The notes: generated by a model from the letters alone, not told the origin. DNA of 34,670 nucleotides from Gemmatimonadota bacterium (GCA_038128265.1 JAYPJE010000004.1:1-34670); one strand, 5' to 3'. Counted from the stretch's first letter, positions 19,169 through 28,916 are shown. Program-made: numbers and translations.

Positions 19169-19978
19169 CTACCCCTCCAAAGCACCTATGAAATCGGCTA
19201 CATCAAAGACGAAGCCAAAGGCCAATGCCACGCGCCACAGCGCGATTTCCTTGCACAGCTCTGCGCGCGCAGTCTCCCTATTTTCCACTGCCGTAACGGC
19301 CTGGCGCAGCGCCGAACACATCAGACCGCGCTTGCTCATATCGGCCATCCCACCCGGCGAGAGCAGCAGGCACCAATTAATGGCAAAACCCGCGTAAATC
19401 AGATGGTTTATCTCGCGCTCCTTGCAGAGAGCAAATAGCTGCTCGGCATTTTCCGCGACGCCTTCCTCGCCTGCCGGCCGCGCCGCTTCCATAAAATCCA
19501 GCGCGGCAAAGCCCCTGCGCACATCGTCTTCGTTATGCGGTCCGACAAACACCTTTTCGCGGCGCAGCGCGCGCAGGCGCTCCAACGCTGGATCGGCGAC
19601 GGCCTGTTCCAGCGGCGCGGCTTGAGCTCCTGCTAATTGAGCGGCGCGCTGGTAGCCCGGATAATCTCCGTAATAGTCGCCGCCGCCCACTACGTGTAAA
19701 ACGGGCAGTTCCGACGCGCGCACCGCGCGCAGCAGCGGCGGAAAAACATCGCGGGCAATCTCGTTGGCACGCGGCATGTATTCAACGGCTCGATGCCAGC
19801 CTGGAAACGCTTCCCGCGAGCCCGTGTCCCAGGCGTGCATCACGACCAGCGCCGTATGTTGACGGGCCAGCTCCACTTCTGTGCGCCCCCAACCCCCATA
19901 CCCCTCGCCGGGCACCTCGCGATTAAAATCGGCGTCGAATTGTTGATAGTAACTTGCCTTGAGCCTATATGTCGACAT
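19169..19978 (-). CDS. Isochorismatase/cysteine-hydrolase-like protein, divergent
   Basis: TALVVMHAW, LLRAVR..LPVLHV, INHLIYAGFAINWC. Confidence 0.65.
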   Translation of the reverse strand: MSTYRLKASYYQQFDADFNREVPGEGYGGWGRTEVELARQHTALVVMHAWDTGSREAFPGWHRAVEYMPRANEIARDVFPPLLRAVRASELPVLHVVGGGDYYGDYPGYQRAAQLAGAQAAPLEQAVADPALERLRALRREKVFVGPHNEDDVRRGFAALDFMEAARPAGEEGVAENAEQLFALCKEREINHLIYAGFAINWCLLLSPGGMADMSKRGLMCSALRQAVTAVENRETARAELCKEIALWRVALAFGFVFDVADFIGALEG

Positions 19979-19994
19979 GGCCTTCTCCCTATAG

Positions 19995-20033
19995 AAAAAC
20001 CGCTCGTCCCATTAGCTGGGAGAGCGGTTTTTT
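19995..20033 (-). terminator. Rho-independent terminator after glnB
   Basis: AAAAACCGCTC-g-TCCCA-ttagc-TGGGA-GAGCGGTTTTT stem-loop with T tracts on both strands. Confidence 0.8.
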
Positions 20034-20056
20034 GATTCCGTTGTGCGCGCGGTGCT

Positions 20057-20395
20057 CTATATGGCCGCCTCGCCCGTCTCACCGGTGCGGATGCGCACGA
20101 CTTCTTCAACCGGCACGACAAAAATCTTGCCATCGCCGATCTTGCCCGAGTTCGCCGCTTCGCGCACGGCGCCAACGGCGCGATCGGCCACATCGTCCCC
20201 GACGACGACCTCGATCTCTACCTTAGGTGTGAAGTCTATTATATACTCCGCACCGCGATAGACCTCTTTATGCCCCTTCTGCCGACCAAAGCCCTTCACC
20301 TCGCTGACGGTCATCCCCATAATACCCAGCGAGCTGAGCGCTTCCTTAACTTTCTCCAGTGCGCTGGGACGCACGACGCATTTAAGCAGCTTCAT
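20057..20395 (-). CDS. glnB: P-II family nitrogen regulatory protein (GlnB/GlnK)
   Basis: 112 aa; GFGRQKG..EVYRGAEY, GKIGDGKIF, RIRTGE; AAGGAG RBS. Confidence 0.95.
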   Translation of the reverse strand: MKLLKCVVRPSALEKVKEALSSLGIMGMTVSEVKGFGRQKGHKEVYRGAEYIIDFTPKVEIEVVVGDDVADRAVGAVREAANSGKIGDGKIFVVPVEEVVRIRTGETGEAAI

Positions 20396-20657
20396 ACCAT
20401 TCTCTCCTTATCCAGAGCCTTACCCACTGCCCTAGTCAATCGACCAAATCGTCTATTAACCCTATGTGAGGTCCACACGCGAGAAACAATTGGGACGCGC
20501 GACGCGCTGCGCACACCTTGTCAGCCGCCTTATCGTCCGCTATTTTCCCCGCACAATCGGCCTGTAAAGACCGGCAAAACGTCCCTTTTACACGCCCTAT
20601 ATAATACAAGAAATCGAGCACCTCAAGTTTTTTTCACAAGAAGAAGGCACAGCAAAT

Positions 20658-21611
20658 ATGAAAATGGTCCTGCGAGGCCCCCTAAACGAGGATGCCGCTC
20701 GGCGCATTGCTCCCGAATTAATCATCGTCCGCGCGGACGGAGAAGAGGCCCTATTGGAGGCCAGCGCCGACGCCGAAATAGCCGTCATGATGGGCATGGG
20801 ATGGCTGCGCGGAGGCTTTGCCGCCTTTTTACAGCAGGCACCCAAACTACGCTGGTTTCACTGCTCCAGCGCAGGAGTCGATCCCCTTCTCTGTCCCGAG
20901 TTTATCGCCTCGGACGTCGTCATGACCTGTGCCAAGGGGACGCCCGTCGGCCCCCTGCTGGCCGAACACGCTTTTGCCCTGATGCTTTCCCTGTCGCGCG
21001 GCATTGCCGCCTGCGTGCGCCTCAACCGCTGGGACGGGCGCTCCGACGGGGCGCGCTCGGCCTACGAATTGGGCGGTAAAACGCTCGGCCTTGTCGGCTA
21101 CGGGGGCGTCGGCAGGGCGCTGGCAGTGCGTGCGCGCGCCTTCGACATGGACGTCATCGCCGTGCGCCGCCATCCCGAGTCAGAAAGCGAAGTAGAGCAA
21201 TGGGGTATGGAGCGCTTGGGCGAGATGCTCGCGCGCGCCGACGTCGTCGTCACCACCGTGCCGCACACGCCCGAGACGGAAGGACTTTTCGGCGCCGCCG
21301 AATTTGCGCGCATGAAAGACAGCGCCCTGCTCATCACAGTCGGCCGCGGCCAAACGGTGCAAACGGACGCGCTGGTCGAGGCCCTCAACAGCGGCGCCAT
21401 CGCCGGGGCCGGATTGGACGTCGTCGATCCCGAGCCGCTCCCCGAAGACCATCCTCTCTGGCGCTGCCCCAACACCGTTATTACGCCGCATATGGCCGGC
21501 AATGCACCTGAGCGCGCCGGACGCAACGAAGCGCTCGTGCTGGAAAACCTGCGCCGCTTCGTAGAGGGCCAACCGCTGCTGAGCACCGTCGACAAGCAGC
21601 TAGGCTACTAG
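20658..21611 (+). CDS. D-isomer-specific 2-hydroxyacid dehydrogenase
   Basis: SAGVD, LAEHA, GYGGVG, GRG, LDVVDPEP, TPHMAG. Confidence 0.92.
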   Translation: MKMVLRGPLNEDAARRIAPELIIVRADGEEALLEASADAEIAVMMGMGWLRGGFAAFLQQAPKLRWFHCSSAGVDPLLCPEFIASDVVMTCAKGTPVGPLLAEHAFALMLSLSRGIAACVRLNRWDGRSDGARSAYELGGKTLGLVGYGGVGRALAVRARAFDMDVIAVRRHPESESEVEQWGMERLGEMLARADVVVTTVPHTPETEGLFGAAEFARMKDSALLITVGRGQTVQTDALVEALNSGAIAGAGLDVVDPEPLPEDHPLWRCPNTVITPHMAGNAPERAGRNEALVLENLRRFVEGQPLLSTVDKQLGY

Positions 21612-22441
21612 GCCCACTTGTAGACGGCCAGCGCGTTTTTCCAAAAGTACTGCTCAGAAGCCCCCTCGCCCTTGGCTGCGAAAAAATCGCGCACGATGGC
21701 AAATGCATCGGCAAAGCTGCCAGCGCGCTCGCACACCGGCCAATTGCTGCCGTAGATAAGCCGCCCTGCGCCAAACACCTGCCACATCGCCTCGAGCGTG
21801 GGCGCGTAGTAGGCCACGTCTGCCGGCGCTGGCTGCTGCTGGCTCTGCTCCATGACCGCGGACACCTTCATATGCACATTGGCACACTGGGCCAAGCGCC
21901 CGATGCCGGCCAGCCACTCTCTATCGGGTTCCGATCCGTCAACGGGCACGTGACCAATGTGATTGATGACGATGCGCAGCGCGGGGAGGGAGGCGGCCAG
22001 CGCCTCCAAAGCGGGAAACTGCTCGGCGTTCAACAGCACATCCAGCGCCAGGTCGTTCGCAGCGAGTAATTCCATATCGCGAAGAAAGTCGTCTGCTGGC
22101 GCAGCGGCAAAATAGCCCGACCCACAGCGAATACCGCAAAAGCGCGGATGATCGGCAAAGCGCGCCAGTTCGTCGGCAAACTCCGGGCGGCATGGATCAA
22201 TATGGCCGACCAATCCCAGCACAAAGGGATCGGCCTTGGCCAGGTCCAATATCCACTCGTTGTCTTCCAACCAGGCGCTGGCTTCGACAACAACCGTGCC
22301 TGTCACCCCTTCGGGTTCGGCCAACGCCCGATAGTGCTCGGGCAACACCGTGCGGTAGAGCAGTTCGTTGTCCGGACCGGGCCACGGCACCCCCTGCGGG
22401 CGCGATGGGTCGTAAAAATGCGTATGCGTATCGACGATCAA
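21608..22441 (-). CDS. Amidohydrolase_2 family protein (L-fuconolactonase/L-rhamnonolactonase-like)
   Basis: IVDTHTHFYD, VVVEA, VINHIG, MKVSA, YGSNWPV; TTG start with GGAGG RBS. Confidence 0.85.
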   Translation of the reverse strand: MIVDTHTHFYDPSRPQGVPWPGPDNELLYRTVLPEHYRALAEPEGVTGTVVVEASAWLEDNEWILDLAKADPFVLGLVGHIDPCRPEFADELARFADHPRFCGIRCGSGYFAAAPADDFLRDMELLAANDLALDVLLNAEQFPALEALAASLPALRIVINHIGHVPVDGSEPDREWLAGIGRLAQCANVHMKVSAVMEQSQQQPAPADVAYYAPTLEAMWQVFGAGRLIYGSNWPVCERAGSFADAFAIVRDFFAAKGEGASEQYFWKNALAVYKWA

Positions 22442-22451
22442 GGGGTTCCTC

Positions 22452-23489
22452 CTAGTGAAATTGCTCCATGGTTTGCGCTATACATGCGACAAAAGCATCG
22501 ATGTCCTCTTCCGTCGTATCAAACGACGTCATCCAGCGCACTTCGCCGCGGGCCGCATCCCAGACGTAGAAGAAAAACTGTTCCTGCAGTATGGGAATGG
22601 CCGCCTGAGGCAAGCGCACAAAAACGGCGTTGGCCTCAGCATGCTGGGTAACTTCAACGCCGTCAATGGAACGCACCTGCGCCTCGAGCCGCTTGGCCAT
22701 GGCATTGGCATGTGCGGCGCTGCGCAGCCATAGGTCGCCCTCCAACAAGGCGGTAAACTGCGCGGCGACAAAGCGCATTTTCGATGCCAGCTGCATGCCC
22801 TGCTTGCGCACGTAGCGGTAGTCGGCGGCCAGTTCTTCGGCAAAGAAGACGACGGCTTCTCCCAGCAGCAGGCCGTTCTTGGTGCCGCCAAACGACAGCA
22901 CATCGACGCCGACGTCGGCGCTGATTGCCCTGAGTTCGACGCCGAGCGCGGCAGCGGCATTGGCAAAGCGCGCCCCATCGACGTGCAAAAGCAGCCCGTG
23001 CTCGTGCGCGCATTCGGCCAGCGCGGCTATTTCGTCGGGCCTGTACACCGTGCCCAATTCCGTCGTCTGCGTGATCGACACCATGCGCGGGCGCACCTGA
23101 TGTTCGTCGAGGCGCCCGCCCAACCGAGCGCGCACCTGCTCTGGGCGAAGCTTGCCGTCGGGCGTGGGCAACGTGAGCAGTTTGACGCCCCCCACGCGCT
23201 CGGGCGCGCCGCACTCATCGATATGCAGGTGGGAAGATTCAGCGCATAGAACGGCGTCGAACGAACGCGTTAACGAACCCAGTGCCGTAACATTGGCCCC
23301 CGTGCCATTAAATACGAAAAACGGCTGCGCATGCTCGCCAAAGTGTTGGCGCATAACCGTTTCGGCACGCCGCGTAAAGCGATCATCGCCATACGAGTGC
23401 ACGTGTCCCACATTGGCATCGGCCAGCGCCTGTAGCACTTCCGGATGCACGCCGGCGTGATTATCGCTGCCAAATCCCTTCTCAACCAT
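22452..23489 (-). CDS. ltaE: Low-specificity L-threonine aldolase (PLP)
   Basis: FGSDN, YGDD, NGTGAN, ITQTTELGTVY, HVDGARFANA, SFGGTKNG, SKMRF; start ATG 23489 with GAAGGA RBS. Confidence 0.9.
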   Translation of the reverse strand: MVEKGFGSDNHAGVHPEVLQALADANVGHVHSYGDDRFTRRAETVMRQHFGEHAQPFFVFNGTGANVTALGSLTRSFDAVLCAESSHLHIDECGAPERVGGVKLLTLPTPDGKLRPEQVRARLGGRLDEHQVRPRMVSITQTTELGTVYRPDEIAALAECAHEHGLLLHVDGARFANAAAALGVELRAISADVGVDVLSFGGTKNGLLLGEAVVFFAEELAADYRYVRKQGMQLASKMRFVAAQFTALLEGDLWLRSAAHANAMAKRLEAQVRSIDGVEVTQHAEANAVFVRLPQAAIPILQEQFFFYVWDAARGEVRWMTSFDTTEEDIDAFVACIAQTMEQFH

Positions 23490-23562
23490 ATCGTCCTTCA
23501 CATCTGCGCTGCTTTCTCGCCGCGCCGCGGTGCGCGAGCGGGGTTCTATTCTACGGGCGACC

Positions 23563-26295
23563 TCAATGCGCTTCGAGCCAGTCGCGCCCCGTGCCCATTT
23601 CCACTTCGATAGGCACCTCCATCGGCAGCGCCTCACGCATCGCTCGGCCAATCACCTCGGGCACGCTGTCCCTCTCGCTCAGATGCAGATCAAAAACTAG
23701 TTCGTCGTGCACCTGTAGGAGCATCTTGCTCTTGGCATCGCGCAATTCGGCGTGGATGCGATTCATCGCCAGCTTGATCATATCGGCAGCGGACCCCTGA
23801 ATGCGCGTATTGATTGCATTGCGCTCGGCCCCTTTGCGCGTGTTGGCATTGCGCGAGTTGATATCGCGCAGGTAGCGCCGCCGGCCCGTCACCGTTTCGA
23901 CATAGCCTTTCTCGCGCGCAAACTCCACCGTTTCTTCGATGTAGTTTTCCACGCCGGGATACTGAGCAAAGTACTGCTTGATAAGTTCGGCCGCCTCAAA
24001 GCGATTGATGTCGAGGCGCTCGGCCAGACCAAAGGCGGATATGCCGTAGATTATGCCGAAGTTTACGGTCTTGGCCTGGCGACGCATATCGTCGGTGACA
24101 CCCTCGGCATCGACGCCATAAATCTTCATCGCCGTGGTCATGTGGATATCGCCCCCCTCGCGAAAGGTCTGCAGCATATCGCCGTCGCTGCTCAGCTCGG
24201 CGGCCACGCGCAGTTCAATCTGCGAATAGTCGGCCGAAAGCAGCACAAAATCCTCCCCGCGCGGCACAAAGGCACGGCGAATTTCGCGGCCCTGCTCGGA
24301 GCGAATGGGGATGGTCTGCAGGTTGGGGCTGTGCGACTGCATGCGACCCGTTGCCGTCACCGCCTGTTCGTAGTGGGTATGTACGCGACCCGTATCGGCA
24401 AACACGGTACCGGGCAGCATGTCGATATAGGTCGATTTGAGCTTGGTGTGCAAGCGGTAGTCCAGCACCCGCTGGGCAATTTCGTGGCGATGGGCCAAGC
24501 GACGCAGCACCTGCTCACTCGTTTGAAACTGGCCCGTCTTAGCCGTGCGCCGCGCGTTGGGATCGAGGGCCAGCTTCTCAAATAGAATGGCACCTAGCTG
24601 CTGACCCGAGTTGAGATTAAACTCCTCGTCGGCCAGTTCGTAAATGCGCTCCGCCGTGTGGTCGATATGGTCTTGGAAATCGCGGGCCATTGCCTCCAAT
24701 ACCTGCGTTTCCATGCGGACACCCTCGTGCTCCATTTCTACGAGCACGGGCAGGAGCGGGCACTCTATTTCATAAAACACGCGCTGCTGGCCCATCTCGA
24801 CTATTTTCTCGCGCAGCACGCCGGCCAACTGCCAGGTGATATCGGCATCCTCAACCGCATACTCGACCACCTCGTCGAGCGGCACGAGATTCATACTGAG
24901 CTGATCCTCGCCCTTTTCGCCAATAAGCTCGGCAATGGAAATGGGCTGATAGTGCAGGATCGTCTGCGCCAAGTGGTCCATGCTGCGCCGTCCTTCGGGG
25001 TCGATTAGCGCAGCCGCCAGCATGGTGTCGAAGAAAGGGCCCTCGACGTGGATGTCGTGCCAGCGCAGCACGCCTAGGTCGAACTTCAGGTTGTGCCCCA
25101 CTTTCTCGCTCTGCCCTGCGAACACCGGACGAAATTCCTCTAACAGAGCCTGCGCTTTGGATCGTTCGCTCGGAAAGGGCACGTAATAACCCCGATGGGC
25201 CTCCCAAGAAAAGGCCAGCCCGACGAGCCCGCAGCGCTTCACGTCGAGCCCGGTGGTCTCGGCGTCAAAACAGAACGACGCGCATTCGAGCAGCTGGCGC
25301 ACCAACGCCGCGCGCGCCTCGGCGGTATCGACGAGCTGGTAGTCGTGCGGAACCGCTTCAATGGTCTTTAGTTCGACCGGTGCACTGCCCTGCCCTCCGG
25401 TGGCCATTTCGGCAAAGTCTTCGCCCAGCACGCGCTTGCCCAGGGTATTAAACTCCAATTCTACAAAGAGCGCGGCCAGCTTCTGCCCGTCCCACGCATC
25501 GAAGCGCATGGCGTCCCAATCGGGTTCGATGGGCACGTTGCGGTCGATGGTAACGAGCTCTTTTGAGAGCAGAGCCTGATCGCGATACTGCTCGACGTTT
25601 TCCTTCTGTTTGCCTTTCAGTTCACCCACGCCTTCCAGCACCCCTTCGAGGCTGCCAAAGCGCGCAATGAGCTTTTGCGCCGTTTTTTCGCCAATGCCGG
25701 GCACACCGGGAATATTGTCGGACGCATCGCCCATTAGGCCGAGCATATCGACAACTTGATCGATGCGTTCGATCGCCCAGCGCTCGAGGATCTCCCCGAC
25801 CCCCTGCACCTCGGCTTCATCGCCGGCGCGCCCCGGCTTGTAAATAACGGTCTTAGCGGAAACCAACTGGCCGTAGTCCTTGTCCGGCGTCACCATATAG
25901 GTAGTGAACCCCTCGGCCTCGGCCCGCTGTGCCAGCGTGCCGATCACGTCGTCGGCTTCCCATCCGGGCATTTTTATAACGGGCATATTAAACGCTTCGC
26001 ACAGCTGAAAAACGTAGGGTAGCGCCTGGCTCAGGTCTTCGGGCATGGCCTCGCGCTGCGCCTTGTACTCGGCAAACATTTTGTGTCGGTGCGTTGGTTC
26101 AGGCGTATCGAAGACGACGGCTATATGCGTAGGCTGCTCGCGGTCGAGAATGCTCAACAGGGTGTTGGCAAAGGCGAATACAGCCGAGGTATTCATGCCC
26201 TGCGATGTCATGCGAGGATTGCGCATCAGGGCAAAATGCCCGCGATAAACCAGCGCCATCCCATCGAGTAGAAAGAGTTTTTTCTCGTCGCTCAT
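23563..26295 (-). CDS. polA: DNA polymerase I
   Basis: 5'-3' exonuclease (LLDG, EADD, GDASDNIPG), 3'-5' exonuclease DAETTG, polymerase motifs ADYSQIELR, AKTVNFGIIYG, QVHDELV. Confidence 0.98.
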   Translation of the reverse strand: MSDEKKLFLLDGMALVYRGHFALMRNPRMTSQGMNTSAVFAFANTLLSILDREQPTHIAVVFDTPEPTHRHKMFAEYKAQREAMPEDLSQALPYVFQLCEAFNMPVIKMPGWEADDVIGTLAQRAEAEGFTTYMVTPDKDYGQLVSAKTVIYKPGRAGDEAEVQGVGEILERWAIERIDQVVDMLGLMGDASDNIPGVPGIGEKTAQKLIARFGSLEGVLEGVGELKGKQKENVEQYRDQALLSKELVTIDRNVPIEPDWDAMRFDAWDGQKLAALFVELEFNTLGKRVLGEDFAEMATGGQGSAPVELKTIEAVPHDYQLVDTAEARAALVRQLLECASFCFDAETTGLDVKRCGLVGLAFSWEAHRGYYVPFPSERSKAQALLEEFRPVFAGQSEKVGHNLKFDLGVLRWHDIHVEGPFFDTMLAAALIDPEGRRSMDHLAQTILHYQPISIAELIGEKGEDQLSMNLVPLDEVVEYAVEDADITWQLAGVLREKIVEMGQQRVFYEIECPLLPVLVEMEHEGVRMETQVLEAMARDFQDHIDHTAERIYELADEEFNLNSGQQLGAILFEKLALDPNARRTAKTGQFQTSEQVLRRLAHRHEIAQRVLDYRLHTKLKSTYIDMLPGTVFADTGRVHTHYEQAVTATGRMQSHSPNLQTIPIRSEQGREIRRAFVPRGEDFVLLSADYSQIELRVAAELSSDGDMLQTFREGGDIHMTTAMKIYGVDAEGVTDDMRRQAKTVNFGIIYGISAFGLAERLDINRFEAAELIKQYFAQYPGVENYIEETVEFAREKGYVETVTGRRRYLRDINSRNANTRKGAERNAINTRIQGSAADMIKLAMNRIHAELRDAKSKMLLQVHDELVFDLHLSERDSVPEVIGRAMREALPMEVPIEVEMGTGRDWLEAH

Positions 26296-26436
26296 TGCAG
26301 TCCCATCGAGTAAATGAAAAGCTGGCCATATACTACCTTACACCCGTATATAGCACAAGCGCCGGCCTGGGCAATCGCTTATCTTTCTGTGCATGAAAAA
26401 CGACCGCTCGAACCGCCTATCGCACTAGCCGTTGCC

Positions 26437-28107
26437 ATGGACGACCAACTAGCCGAGATACAGCGGCAACTCAAGGCGCAATGGGGGCTGGAATTCAGGC
26501 GCATCTGCCGTGCAGTCTGCGCGTTGAATACTGGCGCCTACGTGTTGCCAGAAGACCTGGTAACGCAGTCGAGCCTATCGCACCGAGCCGTCGAACAGGT
26601 GCTCAACTGTCTGCGGCCCGTTTTGCAACAGGACGGGGCGCGTGTGCGCTTCGACACCGCGCACCAAGCGCGTGTCGCACAGCTCTTTGCACCCCCAGAC
26701 CTGCCGGCCGACCCTTGGGAGGAGCGTGCCAGACAGCATCCAGCACTGGCATCGCTGGCGAAAATCCTGAGCGAGCGACCGCGGCCCAATCGCCACCTAG
26801 ACCACGTCGCGGCCACCCCGCTCACCGCGCTTAAACGCGCGCTGTTCCTGGCTACGCAGTACGATTTATCGGACGCGTCGCTGCTCATGCTTGGCGACCA
26901 CGATATGACGGCCCTAGCGCTAGCCCATCTCAACCCCGACCTCGACCTGGCCGTAGTAGATATCGAGGAGCACCTGCTCGACTACATCGGCACCTTTAAC
27001 AGACAGCACGGCGCCTCTATCCGCACCTACTTTGCCGATCTACGCGTGGAACTACCCGCGAGCATAGCGGGCCAATTCGACCTCGTCTTTACCGATCCAC
27101 CCTATAGCGAAAACGGCGTTGGCCTCTTTTTACAGCGCGCTATCTGCGCGCTCAACGAACGCGAGTTTACGCGCATTTTTCTCTCCTATGGCTACGGCGA
27201 ACAGCAAGTTAGCTTGGGACAGAAAGTGCAGGAAGTGCTCGGTCAGCTGCGCCTGCTCCACGAAGCCATTCTGCCGCGCTTTAACGGCTATGCGGCGGCC
27301 CCTGCTCTGGGTCGGCGCAGCGATTTATATATCCTACGGCCAACGCGGCGCAGCCTGCCGGCGGCCCTGCGCCGCCGCGGAGATGCGCAGATCTACACCC
27401 AGGGACGCAGTGCGCGTGAAACGAAGACCCAAGAGCAGCCTGTTGCGCTGAGTGCTGCGATGGCCGATGCAGCAAAAGACTGGGCGGCTAACGATGTCCT
27501 TTGCGTTGGCTCTCGGCCCCCTAACGCACCATCTGATGCGGCACTGCACATGGCGCTAGGCGAATACATACAGGCCATCCGCGAGGGCGATGCCGCTGTG
27601 CTCAAGCGACGCTGCGCCATCATCAACCTCTATCCGCACCATCCGCACTACGCGCTGCGCGCGTGCTTGCTTGGGCACGCCGAGCATCTGCTGGTCTGCG
27701 CGGAGCAACGCTCGCTGGCCGACCTATTCGCCCACCCATCCGAGCAGCTACGCCTCGTCGAATCGACCCTTACTCTGCGCCAGCGCGTGCAGGAAGGCAA
27801 CGTTGCTTTTGTCGAGCTGTACCGACGCGGCGATGTGTCTACCGACGATAGCACACTATTGCTGCGCCAGATCGTAGCGCGGCGACGTGCGCGCTTAGGC
27901 AACGCCTGGCGCGAAGCACTTATTTACACCGCGCGCACGGTCGGTATCGCCCTGAGCAAAAATCAAGCACGCCAGTTTATTGCCCGTACTGCACTGGGCG
28001 CAGAGCACGCAAAAAGCTATATATGGGAAGTGCCCGCCACCGCGCTAGCCCAACTGCCAAGCAGTGCCGAAGCGAGCATGCAATCAGCACGGCGCGAAGG
28101 CGCGTAA
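26437..28107 (+). CDS. BpsA/DUF43-like SAM-fold transferase (bis-aminopropyl spermidine synthase family) with C-terminal extension
   Basis: RPRP...LDH..ATP.T..KRA, LLMLGDHDMTALAL, VVDIE..LL.YI, DLR..LP, FDLVFTDPPY..G..LFL.RA; start uncertain (no clear RBS). Confidence 0.75.
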   Translation: MDDQLAEIQRQLKAQWGLEFRRICRAVCALNTGAYVLPEDLVTQSSLSHRAVEQVLNCLRPVLQQDGARVRFDTAHQARVAQLFAPPDLPADPWEERARQHPALASLAKILSERPRPNRHLDHVAATPLTALKRALFLATQYDLSDASLLMLGDHDMTALALAHLNPDLDLAVVDIEEHLLDYIGTFNRQHGASIRTYFADLRVELPASIAGQFDLVFTDPPYSENGVGLFLQRAICALNEREFTRIFLSYGYGEQQVSLGQKVQEVLGQLRLLHEAILPRFNGYAAAPALGRRSDLYILRPTRRSLPAALRRRGDAQIYTQGRSARETKTQEQPVALSAAMADAAKDWAANDVLCVGSRPPNAPSDAALHMALGEYIQAIREGDAAVLKRRCAIINLYPHHPHYALRACLLGHAEHLLVCAEQRSLADLFAHPSEQLRLVESTLTLRQRVQEGNVAFVELYRRGDVSTDDSTLLLRQIVARRRARLGNAWREALIYTARTVGIALSKNQARQFIARTALGAEHAKSYIWEVPATALAQLPSSAEASMQSARREGA

Positions 28108-28121
28108 AAAACGGAGGACCT

Positions 28122-28880
28122 ATGAACGATACGCTACGCACACTGGGCCTAAAGGCCGCCCCGCTCAGCGCCGAACAGCAGCGCCAGCTAGACGAACAGG
28201 GCTACTTGATTCTGGAAGGAATGATCGATAAGGACTGGTGCGAAAACCTACGCGCAGCCTTTGATCGAATTCACGCCAGCGAAGGAAGCGAAGCGGGCAA
28301 AGAAGTCGCCCAGGTCGAAGGCGTCCGACGCCTGGCAGACCTAGTCAACAAAGACGCATGCTTTGACGCGGTATATCTCCAACCCACGCTGCTGGCTGCC
28401 GTCCACCACGTATTGCAGCGACCGTTTAAACTGCATTCGCTCAACGGACACGACCCGCTGCAAGGATCCGGGCTGCAGAACCTGCACGCCGACACCGGCG
28501 AGCCCTGCAGCCCAGGCGGCCCATACCACGTCGTCAACTCGATGTGGATGCTCGACGATTTCACAGCGGAAAACGGGGCAACGCGCCTGGTACCCGGCAG
28601 CCATCTAAAAGCCGGACGCATTCGCGACTACGTAGAGGACCAAAGCGCCGACCACCCCGAACAGATCCACCTGCTGGGCAAGGCCGGTAGCGTGGCCGTT
28701 TTTAATGGCAGCGTCTGGCACAGTTCGTATATCAACCGCAGCGGCGCCACTCGCCGCACGCTGCACTGCGCCTTTATCGCGCGCGAACACAAGCAGCAGA
28801 CCGATCAGCGCCACTATCTGCGCCCCGATACGGCGGCTCGCCTCTCGCCGCTGGCGCGCTACGTGCTCGACGTCGACTAG
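28122..28880 (+). CDS. PhyH-family Fe(II)/2OG dioxygenase
   Basis: LDEQGYL, QNLHAD, WMLDDFTAENGATRLVPGSH, VWHS..N.S..RR; GGAGG RBS before ATG 28122. Confidence 0.9.
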   Translation: MNDTLRTLGLKAAPLSAEQQRQLDEQGYLILEGMIDKDWCENLRAAFDRIHASEGSEAGKEVAQVEGVRRLADLVNKDACFDAVYLQPTLLAAVHHVLQRPFKLHSLNGHDPLQGSGLQNLHADTGEPCSPGGPYHVVNSMWMLDDFTAENGATRLVPGSHLKAGRIRDYVEDQSADHPEQIHLLGKAGSVAVFNGSVWHSSYINRSGATRRTLHCAFIAREHKQQTDQRHYLRPDTAARLSPLARYVLDVD

Positions 28881-28916
28881 AGCACATTGCCTCCGTGCGC
28901 GACCGACGGCGCGAGA

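Noticed and set aside
20270..21079. 269-aa plus-strand ORF and 61-aa minus-strand ORF (20436..20621) across the glnB intergenic region
   Set aside because: The long ORF overlaps two well-supported genes and is Arg/Pro-rich; the short one spans the likely promoter and shows no RBS or motif
23490..23651. Extended ltaE N-terminus overlapping polA, and a possible glycine riboswitch before ltaE
   Set aside because: Homology starts at 23489; the 73-nt gap is short and lacks the glycine aptamer consensus elements
23752..24585. Long antisense or alternate-frame ORFs (also 78..881, 15551..16132, 17371..17946, 31286..32017)
   Set aside because: Expected shadows of GC-rich coding sequence; no motifs or RBS
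27094..27105. Restriction-modification DNA methyltransferase suggested by DPPY
   Set aside because: The surrounding motifs fit BpsA/DUF43 better and there is no nuclease partner; kept only as an alternative in the finding
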